Origin: a virus | Lineage: Duplodnaviria > Heunggongvirae > Uroviricota > Caudoviricetes | IMG/VR virus record: IMGVR_UViG_2737471863_000004 | Span: 1 to 49,997 of that record | Length of the DNA stretch: 49,997 bases | Direction: 5' to 3' (one strand) | Shown: positions 18,235 to 28,520 of the stretch, piece by piece | Numbering within the stretch: the stretch's first letter is position 1 | Layout of the letters: each line of letters begins with the position of its first letter | Position numbers and translations under genes: made by a program | The notes under the pieces: generated by a model | What the model was told of the DNA's origin: nothing | Seen by the model: the letters and a program-made list of their open reading frames with translations, nothing else | The model's database searches: none

Positions 18235-18528
18235 ATGGTTCGTGCAAACAAACGCAACGAGGCTCTACGAATCGAGAGTGCGTTGCTTAACAAAATCGCA
18301 ATGCTTGGAACTGAGAAGACAGCGGAAGCTGTGGGCGTTGATAAGTCGCAGATCAGCAGGTGGAAGAGGGACTGGATTCCAAAGTTCTCAATGCTGCTTG
18401 CTGTTCTTGAATGGGGCGTCGTTGACGACGACATGGCTCGATTGGCACGACAAGTTGCTTCGATTCTCACCAATAAAAAACGCCCGGCGGCAACCGAGCG
18501 TTCTGAACAAATCCAGATGGAATTTTAA
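18235..18528 (+). CDS. cII: Transcriptional activator CII
   Basis: MVRANKRNEALRIESALLNKIAMLGTEKTAEAVGVDKSQISRWKRDWIPKFSMLLAVLEWGVVDDDMARLARQV... is essentially lambda CII; ATG at 18235, internal to the track ORF. Confidence 0.95.
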   Translation: MVRANKRNEALRIESALLNKIAMLGTEKTAEAVGVDKSQISRWKRDWIPKFSMLLAVLEWGVVDDDMARLARQVASILTNKKRPAATERSEQIQMEF

Positions 18529-18690
18529 CAACATCCAACGAGGTAATTATATGCGAAAAACGCAGGAAAATAAACGCGTTAATCACCGAAAAGATGTGCT
18601 ACGTGACCAGTTTTATCAGGGGGTTAATCCAGCAATAGTTGTGCCACTGAGAGAAATACTTAACAGGTACAAAACTTCGGAGAAGTCAAA

Positions 18691-19443
18691 ATGAGCATGA
18701 ATCTTATGGCTAAGGCCATGAATATAAAGGTTGGCAACCCACTGAGAAAACTGGTTCTGATTAAACTTGCCGATAACGCCAATGATAATGGCGAATGCTG
18801 GCCTTCATATCAACATGTCGCTGACCAGTGTGAGGTGAGCAGATCGACAGTAAAAAGTCACATTAGGGCACTGGAAGAGATGGGGCTTTTGAAAAGGGAA
18901 TTCAGAAGAAAAGGAGAGCTTAACCAGTCAAACGTTTTTTATCTGACGCTGGATAATGCACAACAAATCCAACCAGAATCAGGTGGGGAAGGAGCTGCCC
19001 GGGGTGGGGCAGGAGCTGCCCCCAGAACCTATCACTCTTTTGAACCAGTCAATGAACCTAAAAACATTATGTTCGAACATGTCCGAACAGAGTGTGAAAA
19101 AACTCCTGACCGTCACGAAGAAACCGACAAGGCATTCGAGGAAATATTCTGGTGTGCAGGCATGCGGAAAGCCGGGAAGAAAAACGCAGCTTCGGCATTC
19201 AGAACACAGTTCAGGGAATGGCGTAAAACTACCAGGGGTACGGCAAGCGAGTTTGCCACGATGCTGGCAGAAGACATCGCATGCAGGAATGGTAAGCAGT
19301 TCGGATTCGACAGGTTGTTACCATCGAGCTACCTGAACGGTCAGCGCTGGAACGACGAGAAGCCAGAAATTATTCAACCACAATCCAAACCATCATCCGC
19401 AATCACCGTATCGAAAACTGGCTACGTGTTTTTCGACAGGTGA
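18691..19443 (+). CDS. Replication initiation protein (O-like, winged-helix N-terminus)
   Basis: 250 aa at the position of lambda O; N-terminal HTH-like region (YQHVADQCEVSRSTVKSHIRALEEMGLL); not lambda O itself. Confidence 0.6.
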   Translation: MSMNLMAKAMNIKVGNPLRKLVLIKLADNANDNGECWPSYQHVADQCEVSRSTVKSHIRALEEMGLLKREFRRKGELNQSNVFYLTLDNAQQIQPESGGEGAARGGAGAAPRTYHSFEPVNEPKNIMFEHVRTECEKTPDRHEETDKAFEEIFWCAGMRKAGKKNAASAFRTQFREWRKTTRGTASEFATMLAEDIACRNGKQFGFDRLLPSSYLNGQRWNDEKPEIIQPQSKPSSAITVSKTGYVFFDR

Positions 19444-19550
19444 ACCATGAAATCAAAAATCAAATCGTTACTGGTCGCTGGTTATAACCACGGCTGGTTA
19501 AGTATTTCGTTTGTCGATTTCTGGTTTAAAAATCTCAATCTGAGGGAATC

Positions 19551-21431
19551 ATGACACCAAGTGAACTTAGCGACCTGCTTTGGGCGCAGGTTGACAGGGT
19601 GGCTCCGCACCTGTTGCCAAACGGCAAGAAAGAGGGGCATGAGTGGGTTGCCGGTAACGTCAACGGTGACAAGGGAAACAGCCTTAAGGTCAACCTTAGC
19701 GGCAAGAAAAAATGGGCTGATTTCGCTGAGGGAGACGGCGGTGACATGCTTGATTTGTGGATGGCATGTCGTGGAATTAACCTGCATCAGGCTATGCAGG
19801 AAGCGAAAGCATTTCTCGGTATCAAGGATGACGATCACCATTTCGATGCCAAACGTGAGAAAAAATTCTCCAGACCTGATCGCAAGAAAATCGCCCGCTA
19901 CGTTACCAGAACAGAATCCCATCTTGAGTACCTGCAATCGCGTGGCATATCGCCAGAAATCGTAAAGCGCTACGAGGTTGTCAGCGGCAAGGTGTGGAAT
20001 GGAGAGCGAGAACTGGATGCTCTGGTGATTCCGTACAAACGCGATGGTGAGTTGTTGCAGGTAAAGCGAATCAGCACTGAGCGCCCGGACGGGAAGAAAG
20101 TCATTATGGCAGAAGGTGATTGCGAACCTTGTCTGTTCGGATGGCAGGCTCTGGACGCTGGCGTGAGGGCGGTTGTACTTTGCGAAGGCGAAATTGATTG
20201 TATGAGCTATGCGCAATACGGCATCTCGGCGTTATCCGTGCCGTTTGGTGGCGGGAAAGGCGCTAAGCAACAGTGGATTGAGTTTGAGTATCACAACCTC
20301 GACAGGTTTGAGGAAATATTCATCTCGATGGATGTTGATGATGTTGGTCGTGAAGCCGCAAGGGAAATCGCAAGCCGACTCGGTGAACATCGTTGCCGTC
20401 TTGTTACTCTGCCGTACAAAGACATCAACGAATGCCTGATGAACGGTGTTACCGAGGATGAAATCTGGCAGTACATCGGCACGGCATCCTACTTCGATCC
20501 TGAAGAACTCTACAGCGCGCGAGAGTTTTACCAGGACACTATCAACGCTTTCTACGGCAAGCAGCAGTATCTGTTTAATCCACCGTGGGAATCTCTGGCA
20601 GATAAATTCCAGTTCCGTGAGGCAGAGTTGACGCTGGTCAATGGTGTGAACGGTCACGGAAAAACGGAGGTTGTCGGGCATATGGCACTTGAGGCAATGC
20701 GTCAGGGTGTGAAGACGTGCATCGCGTCACTTGAGCTGAAGCCTGGTATTCTCCTTAAGCGCCTTACCCGTCAGGCGACGTGCTGCAAGATGCCGCCAGT
20801 GCTGGAAATTGACTCTGCATTTAAATTTTATGACGAAAGACTTTGGGTGTTTGGCCTGACCGGAACGGCGAAAGCCGACAGGCTGATCGAAATATTCGAC
20901 TACGCTCGCCGCCGATACGGGATCCAGTTATTCATCATCGACAGCCTGATGAAATGCGGCATAGGTGACGATGACTATAACGGGCAGAAAGCATTTGTTG
21001 ACTCGATTTGTGACTTCAAAAACAAAACAAACTCCCACGTCATTCTCGTTACTCACTCCAGAAAAGGAGACAGCGAAGAAAAACCAACCGGGAAAATGGA
21101 CGTAAAAGGCTCTGGAGCGATAACAGACCTGACAGACAACCTTTTCATCATCTGGCGTAACAAGGCTCGCGAGAGAGCGTTACAGAGAGTTCAGAGTGGT
21201 GAAAAGATGTCAGAGAAGGACGAACAGCTACTGGCATCTCCGGCATCTGTTTTGATGCTTGAAAAACAACGTAACGGCGAAGGTTGGGAAGGTGGTGTCC
21301 CGTTGTTCCTTGACGAACAATCGCACCAGTTCCTGCAACTTGAATCAGGATCGCCATATAGCTACATCGCCAATATGCCGAAATCGGAATATGACGAGGC
21401 GTGGCGACAGGAAAACGTGACGGAGTATTAA
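19551..21431 (+). CDS. Bifunctional Toprim primase / DnaB-like helicase
   Basis: 626 aa; Toprim-like acidic motif (VVLCEGEIDCMSY), Walker A GVNGHGKTE and Walker B LFIIDSL. Confidence 0.75.
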   Translation: MTPSELSDLLWAQVDRVAPHLLPNGKKEGHEWVAGNVNGDKGNSLKVNLSGKKKWADFAEGDGGDMLDLWMACRGINLHQAMQEAKAFLGIKDDDHHFDAKREKKFSRPDRKKIARYVTRTESHLEYLQSRGISPEIVKRYEVVSGKVWNGERELDALVIPYKRDGELLQVKRISTERPDGKKVIMAEGDCEPCLFGWQALDAGVRAVVLCEGEIDCMSYAQYGISALSVPFGGGKGAKQQWIEFEYHNLDRFEEIFISMDVDDVGREAAREIASRLGEHRCRLVTLPYKDINECLMNGVTEDEIWQYIGTASYFDPEELYSAREFYQDTINAFYGKQQYLFNPPWESLADKFQFREAELTLVNGVNGHGKTEVVGHMALEAMRQGVKTCIASLELKPGILLKRLTRQATCCKMPPVLEIDSAFKFYDERLWVFGLTGTAKADRLIEIFDYARRRYGIQLFIIDSLMKCGIGDDDYNGQKAFVDSICDFKNKTNSHVILVTHSRKGDSEEKPTGKMDVKGSGAITDLTDNLFIIWRNKARERALQRVQSGEKMSEKDEQLLASPASVLMLEKQRNGEGWEGGVPLFLDEQSHQFLQLESGSPYSYIANMPKSEYDEAWRQENVTEY

Positions 21432-21701
21432 ATGAATAAAAAACAATTAGCCATTCTCGAAAAAGCATGGGATGCACAAATATCATACGCTTTGAAAGAA
21501 CAGGCACTACCAATAATCCAGACCAAATCGAAAATAGCCAGGCAGTTATGCGATGACGGATTCCTGAACGAAGTTGAGATTACGCGCCAGATGGTAACGT
21601 TCAAAGGGTATGAGATAAATCATCATGGTATAGCGGCGTATTGCTCCCATCTTCCTGATGACGTTGACATTGATGAAATGGAAAGGGAGATGAAGCAATG
21701 A
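21432..21701 (+). CDS. Hypothetical protein, 89 aa
   Basis: ORF immediately after the helicase stop. Confidence 0.45.
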   Translation: MNKKQLAILEKAWDAQISYALKEQALPIIQTKSKIARQLCDDGFLNEVEITRQMVTFKGYEINHHGIAAYCSHLPDDVDIDEMEREMKQ

Positions 21702-21774
21702 CCATCTACATCACTGAGCTAATAACAGGCCTGCTGGTAATCGCAGGCCTTTTTATTTGGGGGAGAGGGAAGTC

Positions 21775-22215
21775 ATGAAAAAACTAACCTTTGAAATTCG
21801 ATCTCCAGCACATCAGCAAAACGCTATTCACGCAGTACAGCAAATCCTTCCAGACCCAACCAAACCAATCGTAGTAACCATTCAGGAACGCAACCGCAGC
21901 TTAGACCAAAACAGGAAGCTATGGGCCTGCTTAGGTGACGTCTCTCGTCAGGTTGAATGGCATGGTCGCTGGCTGGATGCAGAAAGCTGGAAGTGTGTGT
22001 TTACCGCAGCATTAAAGCAGCAGGATGTTGTTCCTAACCTTGCCGGGAATGGCTTTGTGGTAATAGGCCAGTCAACCAGCAGGATGCGTGTAAGCGAATT
22101 TGCGGAGCTATTAGAGCTTATACAGGCATTCGGTACAGAGCGTGGCGTTAAGTGGTCAGACGAAGCGCGACTGGCTCTGGAGTGGAAAGCGAGATGGGGA
22201 GATCGGGCTGCATGA
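21775..22215 (+). CDS. ninB: NinB (Orf-family recombination mediator)
   Basis: MKKLTFEIRSPAHQQNAIHAVQQILPDPTKPIVVTIQERNRSLDQNRKLW... is near-identical to lambda NinB as recalled; start internal to the track ORF. Confidence 0.9.
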   Translation: MKKLTFEIRSPAHQQNAIHAVQQILPDPTKPIVVTIQERNRSLDQNRKLWACLGDVSRQVEWHGRWLDAESWKCVFTAALKQQDVVPNLAGNGFVVIGQSTSRMRVSEFAELLELIQAFGTERGVKWSDEARLALEWKARWGDRAA

Positions 22216-22739
22216 CTATCAAATCAAATACGCCAGCACACGACAAGGACTGCTGGCAAACGCCGCTTTGGCTTTTTGATGCACTGGATATTGAGTTTGG
22301 ATTCTGGCTGGATTCGGCAGCGAGCGACAAAAATGCTCTGTGTGCTCACTGGCTAACTGAGGCCGACGACGCGCTCAATTCTGAGTGGGTAAGCCACGGT
22401 GCAATCTGGAATAACCCACCGTACAGCAATATCAGGCCGTGGGTGGAAAAAGCCGCTGAGCAGTGCATACAACAGCGACAGACGGTAGTTATGCTTGTGC
22501 CAGAGGATATGTCAGTCGGATGGTTCAGCAAGGCTCTGGAGAGTGTCGACGAAGTTCGCATTATCACTGATGGACGGATTAATTTTATCGAACCATCGAC
22601 AGGGCTGGAGAAGAAGGGAAACAGCAAAGGCTCCATGCTGCTGATTTGGCGACCGTTCATCAGTCCTCGACGGATGTTTACTACCGTATCCAAAGCGGCA
22701 TTGATGGCGATCGGGCAGGGCGTCAGGAGGGCGGCATGA
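22212..22739 (+). CDS. Phage DNA N6-adenine methyltransferase (Dam-like)
   Basis: [26 protein letters not shown]... with catalytic NPPY motif (IWNNPPYSN); ATGA overlap with the ninB stop. Confidence 0.75.
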   Translation: MTIKSNTPAHDKDCWQTPLWLFDALDIEFGFWLDSAASDKNALCAHWLTEADDALNSEWVSHGAIWNNPPYSNIRPWVEKAAEQCIQQRQTVVMLVPEDMSVGWFSKALESVDEVRIITDGRINFIEPSTGLEKKGNSKGSMLLIWRPFISPRRMFTTVSKAALMAIGQGVRRAA

Positions 22740-22912
22740 GGCGACAGCGACGAAGTTTCACCGACATCATCTGCGAAAACTGCAAATACCTTCCAACGAA
22801 ACGCTCCAGAAATAAACGCAAGCCAATCCCAAAAGAATCTGACGTAAAAACCTTCAACTACACGGCTCACCTGTGGGATATCCGGTGGCTAAGACATCGT
22901 GCGAGGAAATGA
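22736..22912 (+). CDS. ninE: NinE
   Basis: [52 protein letters not shown] matches lambda NinE as recalled. Confidence 0.85.
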   Translation: MRRQRRSFTDIICENCKYLPTKRSRNKRKPIPKESDVKTFNYTAHLWDIRWLRHRARK

Positions 22913-22914
22913 CA

Positions 22915-23274
22915 ATGGATTATTCACAGTTAAGTGATTTTGAAATTAACGTGGCGGTATTCGAAGCCATTCATAACGGATCACCGGATTACAAAGAAGG
23001 TGAGAATGGCGATATGGTGTTTGTCTCATTTGAGGGAGGCATTGTAAACGGAGACGCAGTTGAAGTAGAAGTTGAGCGCGGATCCTTTAACCCATGCGCA
23101 AACCCAGCAGACGCATGGCCGATTATTGAAAAATACAGGATTAGCATTATCAATCTCGATGAAGACGAGTGGGGTGCACGCGGTGTGGCCTACTGTAAAT
23201 CTAAGCGAGCTATACATGAAAATCCCCTCCGCGCCGCCATGATTGTCTTTCTCATGATGCAGAGAATCCAATAA
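22915..23274 (+). CDS. NinX-like protein (DUF2591-type), tentative
   Basis: [19 protein letters not shown]... with GAGGAAA RBS; the family name is recalled, not verified. Confidence 0.45.
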   Translation: MDYSQLSDFEINVAVFEAIHNGSPDYKEGENGDMVFVSFEGGIVNGDAVEVEVERGSFNPCANPADAWPIIEKYRISIINLDEDEWGARGVAYCKSKRAIHENPLRAAMIVFLMMQRIQ

Positions 23275-23450
23275 TGCTTAGCCCATCCCAATCCATTCAA
23301 TACCAGAAAGAAAGCGTCGAGCGGGCTTTAACGTGCGCTAACTGCGGTCAGAAGCTGCATGTGCTGGAAGTTCACGTGTGCTCCGATTGCTGCGCAGAAC
23401 TGATGAGCGATCCGAATAGCTCAATGTACGAGGAAGAAGACGATGAATGA
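23274..23450 (+). CDS. ninF: NinF
   Basis: 58-aa ORF absent from the track; [36 protein letters not shown]... matches lambda NinF as recalled. Confidence 0.75.
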   Translation: MLSPSQSIQYQKESVERALTCANCGQKLHVLEVHVCSDCCAELMSDPNSSMYEEEDDE

Positions 23451-24165
23451 GTTAATGAATGGCAATGCCATCAAAATGACAAGCATTGAAATCGCTGAAT
23501 TGGTGGGTAAGCGTCATGACAATGTGAAACGTACCATCGAAACGCTGGCTAAAAATGGTGTTATCCGGCTTCCTCAGATTGAGGTTTCCGAAAGAATCAA
23601 TAACTTAGGGTTCAATGTTCAGTACGAGCATTACGTCTTCGAAGGCGAACAAGGTAAGCGAGACAGTATTGTCGTTGTTGCCCAGTTGTCGCCAGAGTTC
23701 ACGGCTCGCCTTGTTGACCGCTGGCGAGAGCTTGAAGAATCTGCGGTTAATATCCCCAAAACGTTACCGGAAGCGTTGCGCCTTGCTGCTGATCTTGCTG
23801 AGCAGAAAATGCAACTGGAAAACCAGCTCGCAATTTCCGCACCTAAAGTTGAGTTTGCCGATCGAGTTGGCGAGGCCAGCGGAATTTTGATTGGAAACTA
23901 TGCAAAGGTTGTTGGAATTGGTCCAAACAAACTGTTTGCGTGGATGCGCGATCACAAAATCCTTATTGCTTCAGGTTCCCGGCGCAATGTGCCAATGCAG
24001 GAATATATGGAGCGCGGCTATTTCACAGTGAAAGAAACAGCGGTCAACACAAATCACGGAATACAGATATCGTTCACCACAAAAATCACCGGGCGTGGTC
24101 AACAGTGGCTGACCAGAAAGCTGCTCGATAACAGAATGCTGAAAGTAACAGGGGAGGCTGCTTAA
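23443..24165 (+). CDS. Rha-family / KilAC-domain antirepressor-like regulator
   Basis: 240 aa; N-terminal Rha-like segment (IKMTSIEIAELVGKRHDNVKR) and C-terminal KilAC-like segment. Confidence 0.65.
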   Translation: MNELMNGNAIKMTSIEIAELVGKRHDNVKRTIETLAKNGVIRLPQIEVSERINNLGFNVQYEHYVFEGEQGKRDSIVVVAQLSPEFTARLVDRWRELEESAVNIPKTLPEALRLAADLAEQKMQLENQLAISAPKVEFADRVGEASGILIGNYAKVVGIGPNKLFAWMRDHKILIASGSRRNVPMQEYMERGYFTVKETAVNTNHGIQISFTTKITGRGQQWLTRKLLDNRMLKVTGEAA

Positions 24166-24455
24166 TGGCTAACCTACGCAAAGAAGCGCGCGGCAGAGAA
24201 TGCCAGGTACGTATTTACGGCGTATGCAATGGCAATCCTGAAACTACAGTTCTGGCACATTACCGGATGGCTGGAATTTGCGGAACTGGAATGAAGCCTG
24301 ACGACCTGATCGGCGCATGGGCTTGTAGCGCGTGTCACGATGAAATCGACCGACGTACAATGATTCTCGACAACAAAGACGCCAGACTTTACCACCTCGA
24401 AGGCGTGATCAGGACGCAGGCGATACTACTGAAGGAGGGGAAGATTAAGTCATGA
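24165..24455 (+). CDS. ybcO: DUF1364 / YbcO-like protein
   Basis: MANLRKEARGRECQVRIYGVCNGNPETTVLAHYR...CSACHDEIDRR resembles E. coli YbcO as recalled. Confidence 0.7.
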   Translation: MANLRKEARGRECQVRIYGVCNGNPETTVLAHYRMAGICGTGMKPDDLIGAWACSACHDEIDRRTMILDNKDARLYHLEGVIRTQAILLKEGKIKS

Positions 24456-24814
24456 ACGAATATCAGTTTGTGCTTCCGTACCCACCGTCGCTGAATACCT
24501 ACTGGCGAAGAAGGGGAAGCCAATACTACATCAGCGATAAAGGCCAGAAATACCGAAAAGATGTACAGCAAATAATCCGCCAACTCAAGTTAGACATTTT
24601 CACCAAATCACGACTCCGCATCAAAGTCATCGCAGACGTTCCAGACTCCCGCCGCCGCGACCTCGACAACATCCTGAAAGGTTTACTCGACTCCCTTATC
24701 CACGCCGGATTTGCGGAAGACGACGAGCAATTCGATGACATTCGCGTAATTCGTGGCGTGAAAGTACCAGGCGGAAGGCTTGGAATAAAAATCACCGAAC
24801 TGGAGAACGCATGA
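24452..24814 (+). CDS. rusA: RusA-type Holliday junction resolvase
   Basis: 120 aa; pattern PSLNTYWRR...RRRDLDN...GRL matches RusA. Confidence 0.85.
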   Translation: MNEYQFVLPYPPSLNTYWRRRGSQYYISDKGQKYRKDVQQIIRQLKLDIFTKSRLRIKVIADVPDSRRRDLDNILKGLLDSLIHAGFAEDDEQFDDIRVIRGVKVPGGRLGIKITELENA

Positions 24815-24999
24815 ACGCCACAATTCAAACGATACCAGAGCTTCTTATCCAGACACGAGGCAATCAGACCGAAGTGGCGAGGATGCTTTCCTGCGCAAGA
24901 GGAACGGTGCTCAAGTACAACCGAGACAGCAAAGGCGAGCGTCACGTAATAGTTAACGGCGTCCTGATGGTCAAACAGGGCAAGAGGGGAAGACCATGA
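24811..24999 (+). CDS. ninH: NinH
   Basis: TIPELLIQTRGNQTEVARMLSCARGTVLKY resembles lambda NinH. Confidence 0.75.
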   Translation: MNATIQTIPELLIQTRGNQTEVARMLSCARGTVLKYNRDSKGERHVIVNGVLMVKQGKRGRP

Positions 25000-25619
25000 G
25001 ACTCGAAAGTGTAGCTAAATTTCATTCGCCAAAAAGCCCGATGATGAGCGACTCACCACGGGCCACGGCTTCTGACTCTCTTTCCGGTACTGATGTGATG
25101 GCTGCTATGGGGATGGCGCAATCACAAGCCGGATTCGGAATGGCTGCATTCTGCGGTAAGCATGAACTCAGCCAGAACGACAAACAAAAGGCTATCAACT
25201 ATCTGATGCAATTTGCACACAAGGTATCGGGGAAATACCGTGGTGTGGCAAAGCTCGAAGGAAATACTAAGGCAAAGGTACTGCAAGTGCTCGCAACATT
25301 CGCTTATGCGGATTATTGCCGTAGTGCCGCGACGCCGGGGGCAAGATGCAGAGATTGCCACGGTACAGGCCGTGCGGTTGATATAGCAAAAACAGAGCAG
25401 TGGGGGAGAGTTGTTGAGAAAGAGTGCGGAAGATGCAAAGGCGTAGGCTATTCCAGGATGCCAGCAAGCGCCGCATATCGCGCTGTAACGATGCTAATCC
25501 CAAACCTTACCCAACCCACCTGGTCACGCACTGTTAAGCCGCTGTATGACGCTCTGGTGGTGCAATGCCACAAAGAAGAGTCAATCGCAGACAACATTTT
25601 GAATGCGGTCACACGTTAG
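24996..25619 (+). CDS. Q: Late antiterminator Q (lambda Q)
   Basis: 207 aa, MRLESVAKFHSPKSPMMSDSPRATASDSLSGTD..., essentially lambda Q as recalled. Confidence 0.95.
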   Translation: MRLESVAKFHSPKSPMMSDSPRATASDSLSGTDVMAAMGMAQSQAGFGMAAFCGKHELSQNDKQKAINYLMQFAHKVSGKYRGVAKLEGNTKAKVLQVLATFAYADYCRSAATPGARCRDCHGTGRAVDIAKTEQWGRVVEKECGRCKGVGYSRMPASAAYRAVTMLIPNLTQPTWSRTVKPLYDALVVQCHKEESIADNILNAVTR

Positions 25620-25662
25620 CGGCATGATTGCCACGGATGGCAACATCTTTACGGCATGATAT

Positions 25663-25690
25663 TGACTTTTTGAATAAAGTTGGGTAAATT
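25663..25690 (+). promoter_or_regulatory. Late promoter pR' (-35 TTGACT, -10 TAAATT) with qut region
   Basis: Near-identical to the lambda pR' region as recalled. Confidence 0.7.
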
Positions 25691-25831
25691 TGACCCAACG
25701 ATGGGTTAATTCGCTCGTTGTGGTAGTGAGATGAAAAGAGGCGGCGCTTACTACCGATTCCGCCTAGTTGGTCACTTCGACGTATCGTCTGGAACTCCAA
25801 CCATCGCAGGCAGAGAGGTCTGCAAAATGCA

Positions 25832-25890
25832 ATCCCGAAACAGTTCGCAGGTAATAGTTAGAGCCTGCATAACGGTTTCGGGATTTTTTA
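25832..25890 (+). terminator. tR' intrinsic terminator (end of the 6S leader RNA)
   Basis: Long hairpin ATCCCGAAAC...GTTTCGGGAT followed by TTTTTT. Confidence 0.7.
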
Positions 25891-26295
25891 TATCTGCACA
25901 ACAGGTAAGAGCATTGAGTCGATAATCGTGAAGAGTCGGCGAGCCTGGTTAGCCAGTGCTCTTTCCGTTGTGCTGAATTAAGCGAATACCGGAAGCAGAA
26001 CCGGATCACCAAATGCGTACAGGCGTCATCGCCGCCCAGCAACAGCACAACCCAAACTGAGCCGTAGCCACTGGCTATCCTGAACTCATCAGTGATAGTT
26101 ACGCTGCGGCCTTCTATACATGACCTTCGTGAAAGCGGGTGGCAAGAGGCTGCGCTAACAACCTCCTGCCGTTTTGCCCGTGCATATCGGTCACGAACAA
26201 ATCTGATTACTAAACACAGTAGCCTGGATTTGTTCTATCAGTAATCGACCTTATTCCTAATTAAATAGAGCAAATCCCCTTATTGGGGGTAAGAC

Positions 26296-26619
26296 ATGAA
26301 GATGCCAGAAAAACATGACCTGTTAGCCGCCATTCTCGCGGCAAAGGAACAAGGCATCGGGGCAATCCTTGCGTTTGCAATGGCGTACCTTCGCGGCAGA
26401 TATAATGGCGGTGCGTTTACAAAAACAGTAATCGACGCAACGATGTGCGCCATTATCGCCTGGTTCATTCGTGACCTTCTCGACCTCGCCGGACTAAGTA
26501 GCAATCTCGCTTATATAACGAGCGTGTTCATCGGCTACATCGGTACTGACTCGATTGGTTCGCTTATCAAACGCTTCGCTGCTAAAAAAGCCGGAGTAGA
26601 AGATGGTGGAAATCAATAA
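26296..26619 (+). CDS. S: Holin S (lambda S105/S107)
   Basis: [39 protein letters not shown]... is lambda S with a dual start (MKM). Confidence 0.95.
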   Translation: MKMPEKHDLLAAILAAKEQGIGAILAFAMAYLRGRYNGGAFTKTVIDATMCAIIAWFIRDLLDLAGLSSNLAYITSVFIGYIGTDSIGSLIKRFAAKKAGVEDGGNQ

Positions 26620-27079
26620 TCAACGTAAGGCGTTCCTCGATATGCTGGCGTGGTCAGAGGGAACTGATAACGGACGTCAGAAAACCAGAAATCATGGTTA
26701 TGACGTTATTGTCGGTGGTGAACTCTTCACTGATTACTCCGATCACCCTCGCAAACTTGTCACGCTAAATCCAAAACTCAAATCAACAGCAGCCGGGCGC
26801 TACCAGCTTCTTTCCCGTTGGTGGGATTCCTATCGTAAGCAGCTTGGCCTGAAAGATTTCTCTCCGAAAAGCCAGGACGCTGTGGCACTGCAACAGATTA
26901 AAGAGCGTGGCGCTTTACCGATGATTGATCGCGGTGATATTCGTCAGGCAATCGACCGTTGCAGCAATATCTGGGCTTCACTGCCGGGCGCTGGTTATGG
27001 TCAGTTCGAGCATAAGGCTGACAGCCTGATTGCAAAATTCAAAGAAGCAGGCGGAACGGTCAGAGAGATTGAGGTATGA
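26603..27079 (+). CDS. R: Endolysin R (lytic transglycosylase)
   Basis: [39 protein letters not shown]... is lambda R. Confidence 0.95.
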   Translation: MVEINNQRKAFLDMLAWSEGTDNGRQKTRNHGYDVIVGGELFTDYSDHPRKLVTLNPKLKSTAAGRYQLLSRWWDSYRKQLGLKDFSPKSQDAVALQQIKERGALPMIDRGDIRQAIDRCSNIWASLPGAGYGQFEHKADSLIAKFKEAGGTVREIEV

Positions 27080-27513
27080 GCAGAGTAACCGCGATTATCT
27101 CCGCTCTGGTTATCTGCATCATCGTTTGCCTGTCATGGGCTGTTAATCATTACCGTGATAACGCCATTACCTACAAAACCCAGCGCGATAAAGCCACGTA
27201 CATCATCGCTGACATGCAGAAGCGTCAACGTGATGTAGCAGAACTCGACGCCAGATACACAAAGGAGCTTGCTGATGCTAACGCGACTATCGAAAGTCTC
27301 CGTGCTGATGTTTCTGCTGGTCGTAAGCGCCTGCAAGTCGCCGCCACCTGTGCAAAGTCAACGACCGGAGCCAGCAGCATGGGCGATGGAGAAAGCCCAA
27401 GACTTACAGCAGATGCTGAACTCAATTATTACCGTCTCCGAAGTGGAATCGACAGGATAACCGCGCAGGTTAACTACCTGCAGGAGTACATCAGGACGCA
27501 ATGCCTGAAATAA
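27076..27513 (+). CDS. Rz: Spanin Rz (i-spanin)
   Basis: N-terminal TM segment plus coiled coil; lambda Rz-like. Confidence 0.85.
   Translation: MSRVTAIISALVICIIVCLSWAVNHYRDNAITYKTQRDKATYIIADMQKRQRDVAELDARYTKELADANATIESLRADVSAGRKRLQVAATCAKSTTGASSMGDGESPRLTADAELNYYRLRSGIDRITAQVNYLQEYIRTQCLK
27308..27460 (+). CDS. Rz1: Spanin Rz1 (o-spanin lipoprotein) embedded in the +1 frame of Rz
   Basis: Embedded ORF with lipobox LVVSAC and a Pro-rich mature part; start chosen at the internal Met of track ORF 27269..27460. Confidence 0.6.
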   Translation: MFLLVVSACKSPPPVQSQRPEPAAWAMEKAQDLQQMLNSIITVSEVESTG

Positions 27514-27550
27514 TTTTTTTGCAAATCACAAAGTCAATTTAATGATCCTC

Positions 27551-27577
27551 GCGATGCGGGGCTTTTTTTACATCTGA
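27551..27577 (+). terminator. Possible intrinsic terminator after Rz
   Basis: Short hairpin CCTCGCGATGCGGGG followed by CTTTTTTT. Confidence 0.4.
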
Positions 27578-27718
27578 ATTTCACAGCGCATCTCACGCGC
27601 ATATTACATCACCCGAGCCTTTCAGAAAGTTGAGCCTGAGAACTGCCGTATATGGTGGCGACCATCTCGGGGCGGCTTTTCTGTGAGACAGGCTCACTTT
27701 CTAAAAGGTAAAGACGCT

Positions 27719-28237
27719 ATGAATCATCAATTGGCTAATCTCGATTTCCGGGACATGGTGGTTGTTTCTGGTGATCGCGTGATCACAACCTCCCGCAAGG
27801 TAGCAGCTTACTTCGACAAGCAGCATCACCACATCATTCAGAAAATCGAAAAGCTAGACTGTTCGGATGAATTTCTAACCAGCAACTTTTCGCGGGTTAC
27901 CTATGAACACAAGGGTAATCAGTATGTTGAATATGAAATTTCCAAAGACGGCGCGATGTACATCATCATGTCGTTTACCGGCAAAAAAGCTGCCGCCATC
28001 AAAGAGGCGTTTATCAAAGCATTTAATTGGATGCGTGACAGGCTGATGGAGATGGCTCACTCATACCAAAGAGAGCACAACGAGTTAATGCTGGAGTTCA
28101 TGAAGGAAAAGGATGTTGCCAGTATGTCAGGACGCTTGCTGAACCGCTGGGGCAGGATCAAAAAACCGCAACTCATAGCAAGAATCGAAAGGCTTGAGCA
28201 GCAGGCGCAAATATCGATCCCCGGACTGCCAAAGTGA
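27719..28237 (+). CDS. rha: Rha-family phage regulatory protein
   Basis: From the internal Met MNHQLANL; Rha-like N-terminus (VITTSRKVAAYFDKQHHHIIQKIEKL). Confidence 0.65.
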   Translation: MNHQLANLDFRDMVVVSGDRVITTSRKVAAYFDKQHHHIIQKIEKLDCSDEFLTSNFSRVTYEHKGNQYVEYEISKDGAMYIIMSFTGKKAAAIKEAFIKAFNWMRDRLMEMAHSYQREHNELMLEFMKEKDVASMSGRLLNRWGRIKKPQLIARIERLEQQAQISIPGLPK

Positions 28238-28520
28238 CCATTACAAAGCCCATCTACGGGTGGGCTTGATAATGAAACCGTGATTTACATCCCCACAATC
28301 CGGGTATGTAAAAGATAGTTCAGGCGAGAACAGATTTAACTAAATCTGTGCACCACCAGTTACGGCAGTACCACGAAGCAACCCAAGCCAGTAAGTGGGG
28401 AAATAACACTGGCAGCCACTGAAAGATGAACCTCCTGCCTTATGGCAAAAAAGATTCTTTGTGGTGGCGGACTGATGGAAAGACATCCTAATCAAGCAAC
28501 CACTCCACAGGGTCATAATT

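Noticed and set aside
19482-20216. 244-aa minus-strand ORF inside the primase-helicase gene
   Set aside because: Antisense to a gene with clear catalytic motifs; frame-shadow ORF. The same applies to other antisense track ORFs nested in assigned genes (for example 1324..1830, 34791..35678, 41119..41634).
21757-21777. Upstream non-ATG start for ninB (track start 21757)
   Set aside because: The in-frame ATG (MKKLTFEIR) with GGGAGAGGGAA RBS is the conserved lambda NinB start. My manual position count in this A-run is uncertain by 1 nt, so coordinates follow the ORF track frame.
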